A DNA stretch of 44,075 nucleotides. Source: Jimgerdemannia flammicorona (Eukaryota). The DNA lies in NCBI GenBank assembly GCA_003990765.1, contig RBNJ01000072.1, positions 1 through 44,075 of the forward strand. The letters are read 5' to 3'. The notes under the pieces were generated by a model, which saw only the letters and a list, made by a program, of their open reading frames with translations, was not told where the DNA came from and made no database searches. Shown piece by piece: positions 24,397-35,868 of the stretch. Every line of letters begins with the position of its first letter. Positions within the stretch are counted from its first letter, which is position 1. Both the position numbers and the translations under genes were made by a program.

Positions 24397-27300
24397 TGTG
24401 ATGAATAGAAGAAGCAATTTATTCAAAATGCATATATTGTATATTTTATATATTACTGATGAATGATATAAAACTGATAGAATGATATATGACATAAAGT
24501 TATATACTTACATATTGAGTTGCTATCCCAATAGAATATTCAATTTTTTTTTTTTTTTATAGTTACTTATACATCTTTATTACTATAATCTATCTATAAG
24601 AGCAATATATAATTTATAGATCCATCTGACCACTAACAATTATACCTAAAGAAAGTTAATTAAAATATCTAAAACCTGTTAACTAATATCAATTTTCTAC
24701 TACATCCCTCTCTCACCTAGTATTAAATAATCCTGACTCCTTAAGATAATGTCCTGTATCTTCTTTACTGCCCCCAGCTCCTGCCATCTCTCCTGGTATT
24801 ACTACCCTTTTATTATCTCTCTCAGAAGCCAATGTCATTGCTCTATCCACTTCCTGATCTACATTTAATACTCTTTCTTGAAGACCTACTATCAGTATAA
24901 TATCATCAAGACCCACACTACTAAGATCCACCCAACACCCTCCAAACATAATCAATTTCCCCCATTATTCTCCTTCAGATGACCACACTGATAGCATCTC
25001 TGGGCCACCCTCTCTCAGATCCCTAGTATTTCTCCAAAGTCTACCAATAACCTTCTACTCTAGGGTAGGCTATCAAGATATACTCTGGAGTCTGAATCAC
25101 CTCTCCAGAGATTTCATCATCATCATACTATTTACAATCTCAGCAACTATCAGCTATCATCCAGCCTATCCAATAGTTCAACATCATATTTCTTCTCAAG
25201 AACTACCACTATACTTCTCAATATCTAGGTAGCACTATTTGATAAAATATAGCTGTCCAACTCCAGACCCAACTCCACTCTTAAATCTCCCAAAGTCCAG
25301 CTGTCTGCCAATAAACTGATCACCTCTCAAGTGGTCTCATCTTAGCCTATTCTATAGTTTCTTCCAAGAAATAATTCCACAATATCCTATCATCTACTCT
25401 GAGCAACTCTGGCTACTACTACCCCTGCTCAGAGTCAACATCCTCTCCTACCTCAATTCTATAGCTAGCCAGGCCTCTATAATACTCCACCAGAATCCTT
25501 TATACCTCATTCTGCCAACTATTCCAACTTGGAGCAACCCTTTCTCTCCTCACCACTAGGACAGAACCTAATCTCCCAATTGTCCATTTCAGTCTACTCT
25601 AACCTCCCTCTCCTAACTCTATAAGGCAGTGTCCCCACCAGCCCCTAAGAGTCTTTAGCTACTATCAGAATTCTACCAGCCCCAGGCCCCATCAGCAATT
25701 GGTAGCACTAATGCCTCCCATCTAATCTCTACCTTCCTCACCAAAGCTACTCTTCAATCACTTTCTTCAGCCACTGCACCACCTATCCAGAGAAGTCTAA
25801 ATAATAACTCAGATATAATAACTTCAGCAACCAGTATATATTCAAAACCACCACTCTCCCCACTAGGAAGTAGTTATGACCAGACTAGTCTATCAGAGCA
25901 CCTTTTCATTTCTGTACTATTCCATACTACCACTCACTTGGCAGGACTGTCCTGAATACTGAGAATCAAATACTCAGATATCTGATAGTCTCTCCAGCAG
26001 GTACCCCTCATTCAAACCCACTCTCAGTCTTCAAAATCAGTACTAAGCTCTAAAGTCTCACATTTTCTCCAATTCAACTTTACTCCTATCAGTCCCTTAT
26101 ACTGTCCAATCTCTTCTCACAAAATGTCCACATCTGTGACATTATTTAACCCAACTACCATATTATCTGCAAAAGCCCCTAACTTCCAAACCACCTGTTC
26201 TACCTTCAGTCTAGTCAGTCATCTTCTTAGTTAGATCAACATGGGCTCTAAAGAGAGAACATAGAGGAGGGGTGAGAGGGGGTCTCTCTGTAGAACATCT
26301 CTACTCAAGACAAACTCTAGACCATACCAGCCATTCATTAAAACTGCACCTCTATAGTCACATACCAGTTCCATAAGCCTTCTAACCTCTTCTATGTCAA
26401 ATCTGACTCTATGCAATACTGCCTCTAGAAAACACTACTACACTCTATCATATGCCTTCTCCTGATCTAAGAAGACCATCCTCCCATCAATCTGGCAACT
26501 TCTACAGCCCCTAAGACATTTTGCACTCAAGCAGTACTGTTCTTTATTTACCATCTCTTTACAAAGCCCCTCTGCTCCTCCCCCACCAGCCTGCCAATCC
26601 ACTGTTACATTCTCCCTGCCAAGACCTTGGAGACCAACTTCTTATCCACATTCAATAGTAATATTGACCTCTAGTTTCACTACACCCTCTTGTAATATTT
26701 TTTCTTAAGAGAATCTAACCCTAAGTTATTATTACTAACCCACTGACCCTCTGTCAATACAAAGTTGCCCATCTCTATAAGTCAGGCCCCAAACTCAGCC
26801 TGGAACTCCTTTGAAAACTCCCAGGAGAGCCTATTTTCTCCAGGTGACAAACTATCTGGTACCTTTTACAAAACTCCCAATATCTTCTCTAAAGATATTC
26901 TGCTTTTTGCTGAAGCCCCCCTCTCTGGCAATACCACTACTGACCAATTACATACTAATAGAGCATTCTCAATATCTAGTACCCTCCCCCACCCTCATCA
27001 CTCCAGAGGGCCTGTTATTGCCCAGAGACCTTCTCCAATATATCCATAACTTCAGAAACTTCAACTCTATCCTCTCATAGAACTGAAGCCCAGCTGTGCT
27101 ATACCTTTCTAGCTTTTAAGACACCAGATAAATATTTGATTGATCACTCTCCTTCTTCCAATCACCAGACCCTCAGACATATCTGCAGGCCATCTACTAC
27201 TCTGTCCTCTACCTCTCTTATATCAACTGCAGATTGACCATCTCTCTAGACAGCCAGTGCCATTTCTTCTCTATTAGTATCCTACCTTTCAATAACTATA

Positions 27301-30300
27301 GCTACTACCTCAAGCCCCTCTCAACTCTCCTCTTTTTGTCCTTTTACTCTTTTCTAGCTATCTCTCCAACATCCTGCCAATAAGCACCCACTAAGTATTT
27401 AAATCTGCCCCACTATTCAGTAATAGACAGACTACTATTTATCTACCTGGCCACTTCCTGCCTGGCCAAGACTACAAATTGTTCCCTTTCTACCAGTCAC
27501 TGGAGTAAGGCTACATTGAGATACCAATGTTCTCCTCCACTACTAACTGCCTGAAACCTTTCATATACTTCAACACTCCAATAGTCAGACTATAAGCACT
27601 ACTATATCTCCACAATATCCAAAACATTATCCCAATGTTCTGCTATCAGAACCCAATCAATCCTCTTCCCCAATAGCCTATTATCTACTAGATGATATCT
27701 AGTGAAGAGCTCTGACTTATCTCCAGCCTGCAGCTATATACTATCTACCAGTCCTATACCTTTTTCTACCTAAAGTCACTGGGACAGTTCCTGGGAGACA
27801 GCAGTACCAGCACTACAATCAGACTAATCCAGAGCATGATCTCATACTATATTAAAGTTCTCCCCCAAAATGTCTAACTCAAGAGCTATCCATTCTTCTC
27901 AAGTCAGTCACTTTTCCACCCATTACTTTTGCTCTTTACTAACTACTGGTAGATATATAGAGTCCACCAAATGTCCATCCCCAGTCTCCCCCTTCAGCCT
28001 TTCTCACACCAGATGACTACTAAAGGTTTTCATATCCACTAGCTTGCCCTTATCAATATTAAACAGAATACCAACTTACCTATTCCAACTAGTACTACTA
28101 AACTATTCCTTACTCTACAACTTATAGTTCTATATATTATAAGCTCTAACTTTCTGAAGAAACACCACATTATACTTCTGGACCTTCAGTCACCAAAAAT
28201 GGTACTGCTGTTTAATTCCATTTTATAGACTATTGACATTGATAGATAAAATTTATAGATTGTCCTTTATTATAAATAGAGAGTTTAAATGTCAACTGCT
28301 ACTGCCACTACCTTCTTAGCTCTAACCTTGATGATGTTCCAATGTTTCTCACAGACCACTTTCTAAATCCACTCTTTATTGATACTACTACAGAAGAAGT
28401 CTATTTGCTCTGATGCTATCTTCTGATATCAGCCATCCTACTATCATCTACCTCATATCCTCTTCCTCCAGGAGGGCTGCCACTATAGCAGTCACCAATT
28501 TTGGCTCCTATATCACTATATTAAGAAATCCCTCACATGCCTCTAGGGATCCTTGAAACACATTAAATTCCTTGATGTCTTCCTCTGCAAGCTCCTCAAG
28601 AACAGCCTGAAACCAACTATCCACCACTATTATCAGAGGCTTCAGGGTAGCAGGCCTAGGGGTTCTGCATAACTTCTAAAGTAATTCTTTATCTGCCAAC
28701 ATATTAGAAGTGATCTTCACCAAATTGTTCTCCTCAGAGACTTTGTCTAGCTGTACCACCTCACCAGCCTCAGAACATTTCCTATATATATTCATAGATC
28801 TGACTATAGTTATATCCGCTATCTGAGTCTCTAGGACCACCTTGATATCTTTTCTAAAACCTGCTTCTCTCACTTCCTCTCCATTGATCTACTTTCTCTT
28901 TACAGGTATATGTATAGAGTCTTCCATTCCCCCCAGCTATGAGAAAGATACTTCAGCTATCTCTACTCCTTTTTTTCAATTTCTGTCAATTGCAGCCCTC
29001 TCAGCCTTCTCTTTAGCAGACCTTTGCAATACTGCCTACAAATGCTCCCAATTCTCCTTATACAATTACCTCCTCTTCTCATCAGTCTCAATTCAGATCC
29101 AATCCTTGGTAAACTCCTCCCATTTCCACTTCTGCAAAGCCTTTACTTCATTATTCTCCTCTAGAGCAATCAATAACTCTTCCTCTTTCTATTCAGAACC
29201 TTTTCTCCTCTAGACCAGATACTTCTGCCCCTCAATATGAATGACCTCAGACCAGTCTTGCTCTAATCCAGTTGTCTTCTTCTCTTCCAACTATACCTTT
29301 ACCTTATAGTTGCTATTTCTCAACTTTATATTCTCCTAGAACATAAATCCAAAATCCACCATCTCACCAAAATCTTCAAGAGTGTTGGCCACTACTGTAT
29401 TGGTCTTCTATCTGCTCAGTTTCAGCAATTCTTCAACCACCAGTTACACTGTATACAGATTTCAACTTAGACATCTTGCTATCCCCACCTTGATATCCTT
29501 GACTATCAGTCCCTTCTTCAAGTTCTTCACAATTGCCTCCTCCTCAACAAAGTCCACCTCAATGGTCTCTACCAATGGAATAAATCTCAGTGACTTAGCC
29601 CTTGCAACCTCCTCACCCTCTAATTGCAGAATCTCTCTTGCCAATAGTTCTAGACTTAATAAATTGGCAGATATTGTCCATATTGATACCAACTTATAAA
29701 AGAATAGATGCACCACCAGCTCACTAGTCTCTATGGCCAGAGTCATCTTATTCTTACTTCCTGAAACTCCTGCCACCACCTCACCAGACACTACTATACC
29801 ACTAGCAGTTATACTCTCAGTTATCATTCTAGCTCCAGGAAAGCCAGTTCTAGTAGTCCTACCCCTGGACCCCTGAACCCTGCTGGGCACCTGACCAGTC
29901 AGCTGACCAGTCACCTGACCTCCCCCCCTGTTCTCTCACTATAGGCCTAGAGACAATCCTTCTGCCCTCTACTACTATACACTAGCTATCTACTCTAGTT
30001 GCTAGCCCCCAACCACCAGTCTGTCTTTCTACCTTACCAACTCTAGCAGCTACTACAAAACTCTTGAGGAGACCTAGGCCAGGCCTCCTCCTCTTCAGGT
30101 ACTTAGAGCTTAATAAACCTTGGCTCATCATAGTATGAAAACTTGACAGATTTTGATAAAACTTATTGTATATTATTGCTAAACTCCTGCTATACCTAGC
30201 ACACCAGTGTAGGCAAAGTGAAAACTTGAAAATATGTTGCTTTTAATGAAAAGATATTCATGTTGCTTAGCTTGCTCTGAGTGGTTTAAGCAAAAGAAGT

Positions 30301-30310
30301 CTTTATAATA
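24397..30310 (-). repeat. Probable solo LTR of a second (copia-type) family, split by a LINE (24397-24543 plus ~30105-30310)
   Basis: 24397-24535 matches 41611-41750; copy C resumes at 30311; flanks TATGT/TATTT are a 4-of-5 TSD match. Confidence 0.55.
24544..30100 (-). mobile_element. Near full-length decayed L1/Tx1-type LINE: ORF1 remnant ~28290-30090, ORF2 ~24650-28270, poly(A) 24544-24558
   Basis: ILSINVNSL, GENFNI, RIDWVLI and SDYW (APE endonuclease); FLDQEKAYDRV, QRDPLSPLLY and AFADN (RT); AATAAA followed by an A15 tail. Confidence 0.9.
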
Positions 30311-31779
30311 TATTTAAATTCCATAAGGACATACTCTTATGAAATATATTCTTTAGTAAACTTCTTATACTAGTCTTCTTTACTGATCCATCTGACCTCC
30401 TTCTTATTCTTTTAATAATTAATATATAGGCTTCTGCTTGCTTAATATTTTTTTTCTCTATCTTAGAGACTACTTCTTTGTTGATATTAATTGAGATTTA
30501 TATATTTTATTCTTAAGAGATAATTGGCATCTTCTAGAAGTTTATATCAATTTTAGTTTTGACCTATTAAACTACTGATTGCTGATAAGAAATTATAGTT
30601 TGTACATTTGTAATGATCACATTTACTGAAATAGTTACTACTCTGAACTTGATGGAGATATCTTCAATTATTTCTAGAGAGATAGTACTTGTGATATATA
30701 TTAACAATATTGAACAATTAGCTTCATCAATTTTTCAACCTAGGCAGTCTATAGCTATCTTACTGAGGAGGTATTCTCCTACCTCTATATTATAGATGAC
30801 TTCAAAAATCCTATCCTCAATCTGATAGATAGTATAGATAGAGGTTCTATAGTTGTCTTCTTGACTTTCTTCACCTAAATTCTCTTATATATTATTGGTC
30901 TCAACTATCTTTCATCTCTGATCCTTAACTATTTCTTTAAGTCTCAGTCTTATTTACTATCTAAAGGTAGAGATTTCTGATAATTGTCTAAAGGTTATAT
31001 TGGTTTTTTCTAACTATGATTCTTAAAGATAACTGTAAAAGAGTACTTTATTAAAGATATCAATATATAGTTTCAAAGGGGGTTTCTGGAAGTTTTAAAA
31101 ATTCTGAAAGACTATTTTCTTAAGATCAAGATAATTTTAGATAAAGTATATTTTCTACTTATTGATTTCAATTATAGGTTAACTTCTCAATCAATATTCT
31201 TTTTAGACTTATTCTGCATGTTTAGGATTTCTATTATTTTTAGAAGTTTAAAAAACTAAGACTAGCTTAGTTGAATTGGTATATTGCTGCAGATAATATC
31301 TAATTAGAAAATTTCTAGATCTAGTTAGGAGTAGGACCTAATATTGTATAAGTTACTTAAGAGTGTTTTGTGGGATATTTGTCATAAAATACTTAAAAAG
31401 AGTAGAGAGAGAGAGAAAGAGAGAGCTGCAGTTATTTATCTTATGTATTTTTATATATATTGATGATATATATTTATATAATAATATAGTCAGTAGGGCT
31501 GTTAAATGATTCAAATCAGTTTGAATCAGTTCAGATCATTGGTTCATATACCAAATCAGTTCAACTAATTGGTTCATATACCAAATCAGTTCAACTAATT
31601 GGTTCATTGCTATTTAGCTTCAAAAATTATTTTATTAGCCTTGTAATTGATTTTACTAAGAATATAAGCAATTTTTAAAGTTGGAAGCTTGTAAAGTCTA
31701 TCTTATAACCTGAGGCTTAAGACTGTTACATAATTATATGCCCTAAAGGAAGTGACTGGTCCTATTTTTTTGAGGGAAG

Positions 31780-33190
31780 AGGAGGGTGCATGCTTGCCTT
31801 GTCTCACCACTCAAAAGAGGAAAGGGGTTCTAAATGGTGCCTTAACTAAGATATATATATATTATTTTTATCCAGCTTTTCGAAAGAGGAGGGTGGGGAG
31901 GGTTTGAAATAGTGTCTTAACTAAGATATATAATTATATACTTTTTTCTTTTATCCAGCTTCTTGAAGGGAGAGAGTGTGTACTTACCTCATTTTGCTGC
32001 TTATTTCAGCTTTTCAAAAGGGGGAGGGTTCAAAATGGTATCTTAACTAAGGTATATATATATTCCTTTTATCCAGCTTTTCAAAAAGAGAGAGTGTGCT
32101 GCTCATTTCAGCTTTTCAAAGGGGGGAGGGTTTGAAATGGTATCTTAACTAAGGTATATAAATATTCTTTTATCTAGCTTTTTGAAAGGAGAGGGTGTGC
32201 TACTCATTTCAGCTTTTTGAAAGGAGGAGAATTCAAAATGATACCTTAACTAAGGTATATATATTCCTTTATCTAGCTTTTCAAAAGGAGAGAGTGTGCT
32301 GCTCATTCAGCTTTTCAAAAGGAAGAGAGTTTGAAATCACATCTTAACTAAGGTATATAATTATATACTTTCTCCTTTTATCCAGCTTTTTGAAGGGAGA
32401 GAGAGTGTGTGCTTGCCTTGTTTTGCTGCTCATTCCAGCTTTTTGAAAGGGAGAGGATTTGAAATGGTGCCTTAACTAAGGTATATATATATACATATAT
32501 TCCTTTTATCCAACTTTTGAAAGGAGAGAGTGTGCTGCTTATTTCAGCTTTTTGAAAGGAGGAGAAAATGGTACCTTAACTAAGATATATAATTATATAC
32601 TTTTTTCTTTTATCTAGCTTTTTGAAAGAGGGGAGAGGGTGTACACTTGCCTTATCTTGCTGCTCATTCTAGCTTTTTGAAAGAGAGAGGGTTTGAAATG
32701 ATGCCTTAACTAAGATATATATATATATTCCTTTTATCCAGCTTTTCAAAAGAAGAGTATGTGCTGCTCATTTCAGCTTTTCAAAAGAGAGGGTTTGAAA
32801 TGGTACCTTAAGTAAGGTGAATATATTCCTTTTATCCAGCTTTTTGAAGGAGAGGAGGGTGTGTACTTGTCTCATCTTGCTGCTCATTTCAGATTTTCAA
32901 AAAGAGAAGAGTTCAAAATAGTGCCTTAACTAAGGTATATATATATATTTCTTTTATCCAGCTTTTTGAAAGAGGAGGGTGCTCAGCTTTTTAGATTCAA
33001 AACAGTATCTTAACTAAGATATATATATATTTCTTTTATCCAGCTTTTCAAAAGGGCTTTTTGAAGGAGAGTATGTACTGCTCATTTTAGCTTTTCAAAA
33101 AGAAGAGGGTTCAAAATGGTGCCTTAACTAGGTATCTGCTTTTTTCTTTTATCTAGCTTTTTGAAAGAGGAAAGAGGGTATGCCACTCAA
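31780..33190. repeat. Tandem array of about 13 variable-length units (~75-130 bp) inside the hAT element
   Basis: Core CCTTAACTAAGG recurs 13 times, each followed by (TA)n and TTTTATCCAGCTTTT(C/T)(G/A)AAAG. Confidence 0.92.
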
Positions 33191-33279
33191 ATAATCTGAG
33201 GAGTATGTCAACAACTCTTCTCTTTCTTTTAATATGATCACCAATTGGCCTCAAGTAATTACAACAGAACAACTCTAAC

Positions 33280-35066
33280 AACTATCAGTTTCTACATTTT
33301 ATACTTTATCAGTAGACTCAGTAAATGACAACTAAGAATGAAGACACAATACTGTCTGAGCACTCTCTGGTAAAAGTGAGTTGTGGTTTTTTGTAATAGT
33401 GTTATCAGTAATTGAAAAAAGCTCTTCACAGGGAACACTAGAAGCTGGAATTGCCAAAATATCCCAAACCATAATCATCAGTATTAGAAATTGGCTTTTA
33501 TTTAGCTGTCAACAGTTGAGAGAATTGTTGCTGCTATCTTTATTAGAAGTTGAAAAATAGCAATTAATTTTATTGTTCACATTCATATTATAATTCTTTA
33601 CAGAAGCACTTCTCTCTACAACAATAGATTCTCCAATTAGCTCACAGAACTTTTGTACTGGTTTCTTCTTTTTGGGAGATGGCTGAAATATGTATCAGAG
33701 CTCTCTGTGGGGTACTGGAAACAACTTGAGCAATGAGGTCTGCATACTCCTTAAGCTTGCTGATTTTCGACTTATATTTCTTATCATCTTTCTCTAGTTT
33801 TATGCCAGGATGTAGTACTTGTGCTAACCAGTGTACATCTGAAAGCTTAGTAGTATATTCTTGAAGTTTACTTGCCATAGCTCTGTATGCTGGGACCTTT
33901 TTATCATTTAGATATTTCTTCATAAGAGAATAAATTTCTTCAACTTCATGAAGTATTGGCTCTAAATATGTTGAGAGAGCTTTGGTGGCTTCAGTATAGA
34001 TTTTTAAAACTTCAACATATATTTCGAGGGCCTTCCACTCATTTGACTCAAGTGTATTGCTGATGTTCTTTGTTTGGGACTAGATAAACAAGAGCTGAAG
34101 AGCCAGCTTTTAGAGGATGGCAGTATTTATCATGGCAAATATAGAGGACCATCTTGTCAGACAATCATGGAGAAGGTCATAGTAGTCAATCTCACAGTCT
34201 TGCAGTACTGTTTAAATTCTTCAATGATTTTAGGGCTCCTCTGGATTGTATTCACATAAAGGCAAAGCTTCATAAGTGGGCTGTTGGGGTTATCCTCATC
34301 AAATTCTTTCTCTACATCAAATAAATTCTTCAAGCCATCCTGAACAACAAGGTTGATAACATGTGTACTATATCTGATATAGTATATTTCTGAGGATGAT
34401 TTCTGCAAGTAAGTGAAAGTCATGAGTTATATTCAAGATATTATTAGTGATAAGTACCAGAAACTTATCTTTGATACAATATTCTGTAATAGTCATCAAT
34501 AGAATGTCCTTTATTGCTTCACTAGTGTGAGGATGTAGCATAGGGCAAACATCCAAAATGATTGACCAGAGTTTCCAATTTGAATTAATAAAATGTGCTG
34601 TCACTCCACAATAACTGTCCATGGATCCTGAGGTCCAGAGATCACACATTAAAGATATAGCTCCTGCTGTATGGCATAGAGTATATTGAATATGCCCTTT
34701 GTAAGATTTGAATTTCTCTATCACTAGTTTATGAGTAGTTTGACAGCAAGGAATATAATATCTTGGATTTAGGTGCTTTATGAATGCTTTGAAGTCTTCA
34801 TTATTGGAAGTTGAGAATGGTTGAAGATCTTTGACTATCCATGTAATGTAACTAGTAATAGTCTCATGCTCTTGCTGGGTAAGAGGCAATTCAGTTTCCC
34901 CTTCCTTGGTCATCTTTTCGGGATGACATTTCTTGATGTGAGTCCACAAGGTAGATGTAGCGCTACTGGCTTGATAAATCTTCTCTTTAGGACAATAGTT
35001 GCACTGCCTTGAGCCATTGGCCAATTTCGTAAAGTGGTGATAAACGCTGCTTCGGGAGGCACTCAT
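33280..35066 (-). pseudogene. hAT transposase with stops and a frameshift
   Basis: BED finger (CNYC..LWTHIKKCH), WIVKDLQPFS, CDLWTS, RYSTHVINL and C-terminal DILAIPASSVPCEESFS. Confidence 0.95.
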
Positions 35067-35286
35067 TTTGATATATAAGTGTTTTTTGTAAAAGATGTAA
35101 ATTAGTGGCTCATGAGAGACCACAGGTCAATGAACGCAGGAATGTCTTAGGCACTTAGGTCTCGGGCATATTGGTTTCGGATGTATTGGTTTCAGGCATT
35201 GAATAGCTGTCTTCGTTTCGGGTGCCATCGTCATTGCATGGCTTGTCTCAGTCATGAGTAGTAACTTCCACCTTTCAACCTGAGCT

Positions 35287-35617
35287 TTTAAAATTTAATA
35301 ACTCCATTAATCCATATCTAATCTTAATAATTTTGATCCTGTTTGGAAGCTATGAATATTGGCTTCCAGGAATATTTTATTTCGATGAAATCGGATGTGT
35401 ATTCATCGAGCCATTGCACTTTAAAAAACTCAGGTCGATCACGGGTTGACTCTTCAAACGGCGATCGACCCGAGTTTTTTTAAAGTGCAATAGCTCTATG
35501 AAAACATATCCGATTTCATCCAAATAAAATGTGCCTGAAAACCAATATTCTTAGCTTTCAAACAAGATCAAGGTCATTAAGACTGGGTGTAGTTTCATGA
35601 AGTTATTAAATTTTAAA
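35287..35617. repeat. ~330-bp imperfect palindrome upstream of the transposase
   Basis: Arms of ~155 bp, e.g. TTGCACTTTAAAAAACTC / GAGTTTTTTTAAAGTGCAA and GATGAAATCGGAT / ATCCGATTTCATC. Confidence 0.92.
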
Positions 35618-35868
35618 CGTTCAGATCAAATGGCAGACACCTTGCGGATTGTACTTTTTGCTGAAAGAGACCGAGTTCTTTTACTGTTTCAAGTCAAGTA
35701 ACCGATTCTGAATATATAAACTCATACAGGAAGTATTTATATGATTTATTCTTATGCAAATAAGAAATAAAGATACAAATCATTTTGAAACCGCTGACCA
35801 AATCAAACCAAACCGAAGCGGTTCAAACCAGTTTGAACCTTTTGGTTTCAAACCATTTAACAGCCCTA

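Larger units (their letters stand above)
21831..31040 (-). mobile_element. Older, truncated relative (copy C) of the same Ty3/gypsy group, split by nested insertions
   Basis: Colinear with A: RNase H ~21950-22350 (AGATAGTAGTGGAACTTTTC), RT ~22350-23150, dUTPase ~23410-24235, Cys-rich region ~24330-24396 and 30311-30390, protease ~30540-30830. Confidence 0.85.
31494..35868 (-). mobile_element. hAT (Ac-like) DNA transposon
   Basis: Perfect 15-bp TIR TAGGGCTGTTAAATG, GGTTC/AACC-type subterminal repeats (including a 30-bp tandem at ~31539-31607), and transposase. Confidence 0.95.

Noticed and set aside
31780-33190. CRISPR-like repeat-spacer array
   Set aside because: The intervening segments are homologous to each other rather than unique, the array lies inside a eukaryotic transposon, and there are no cas genes.
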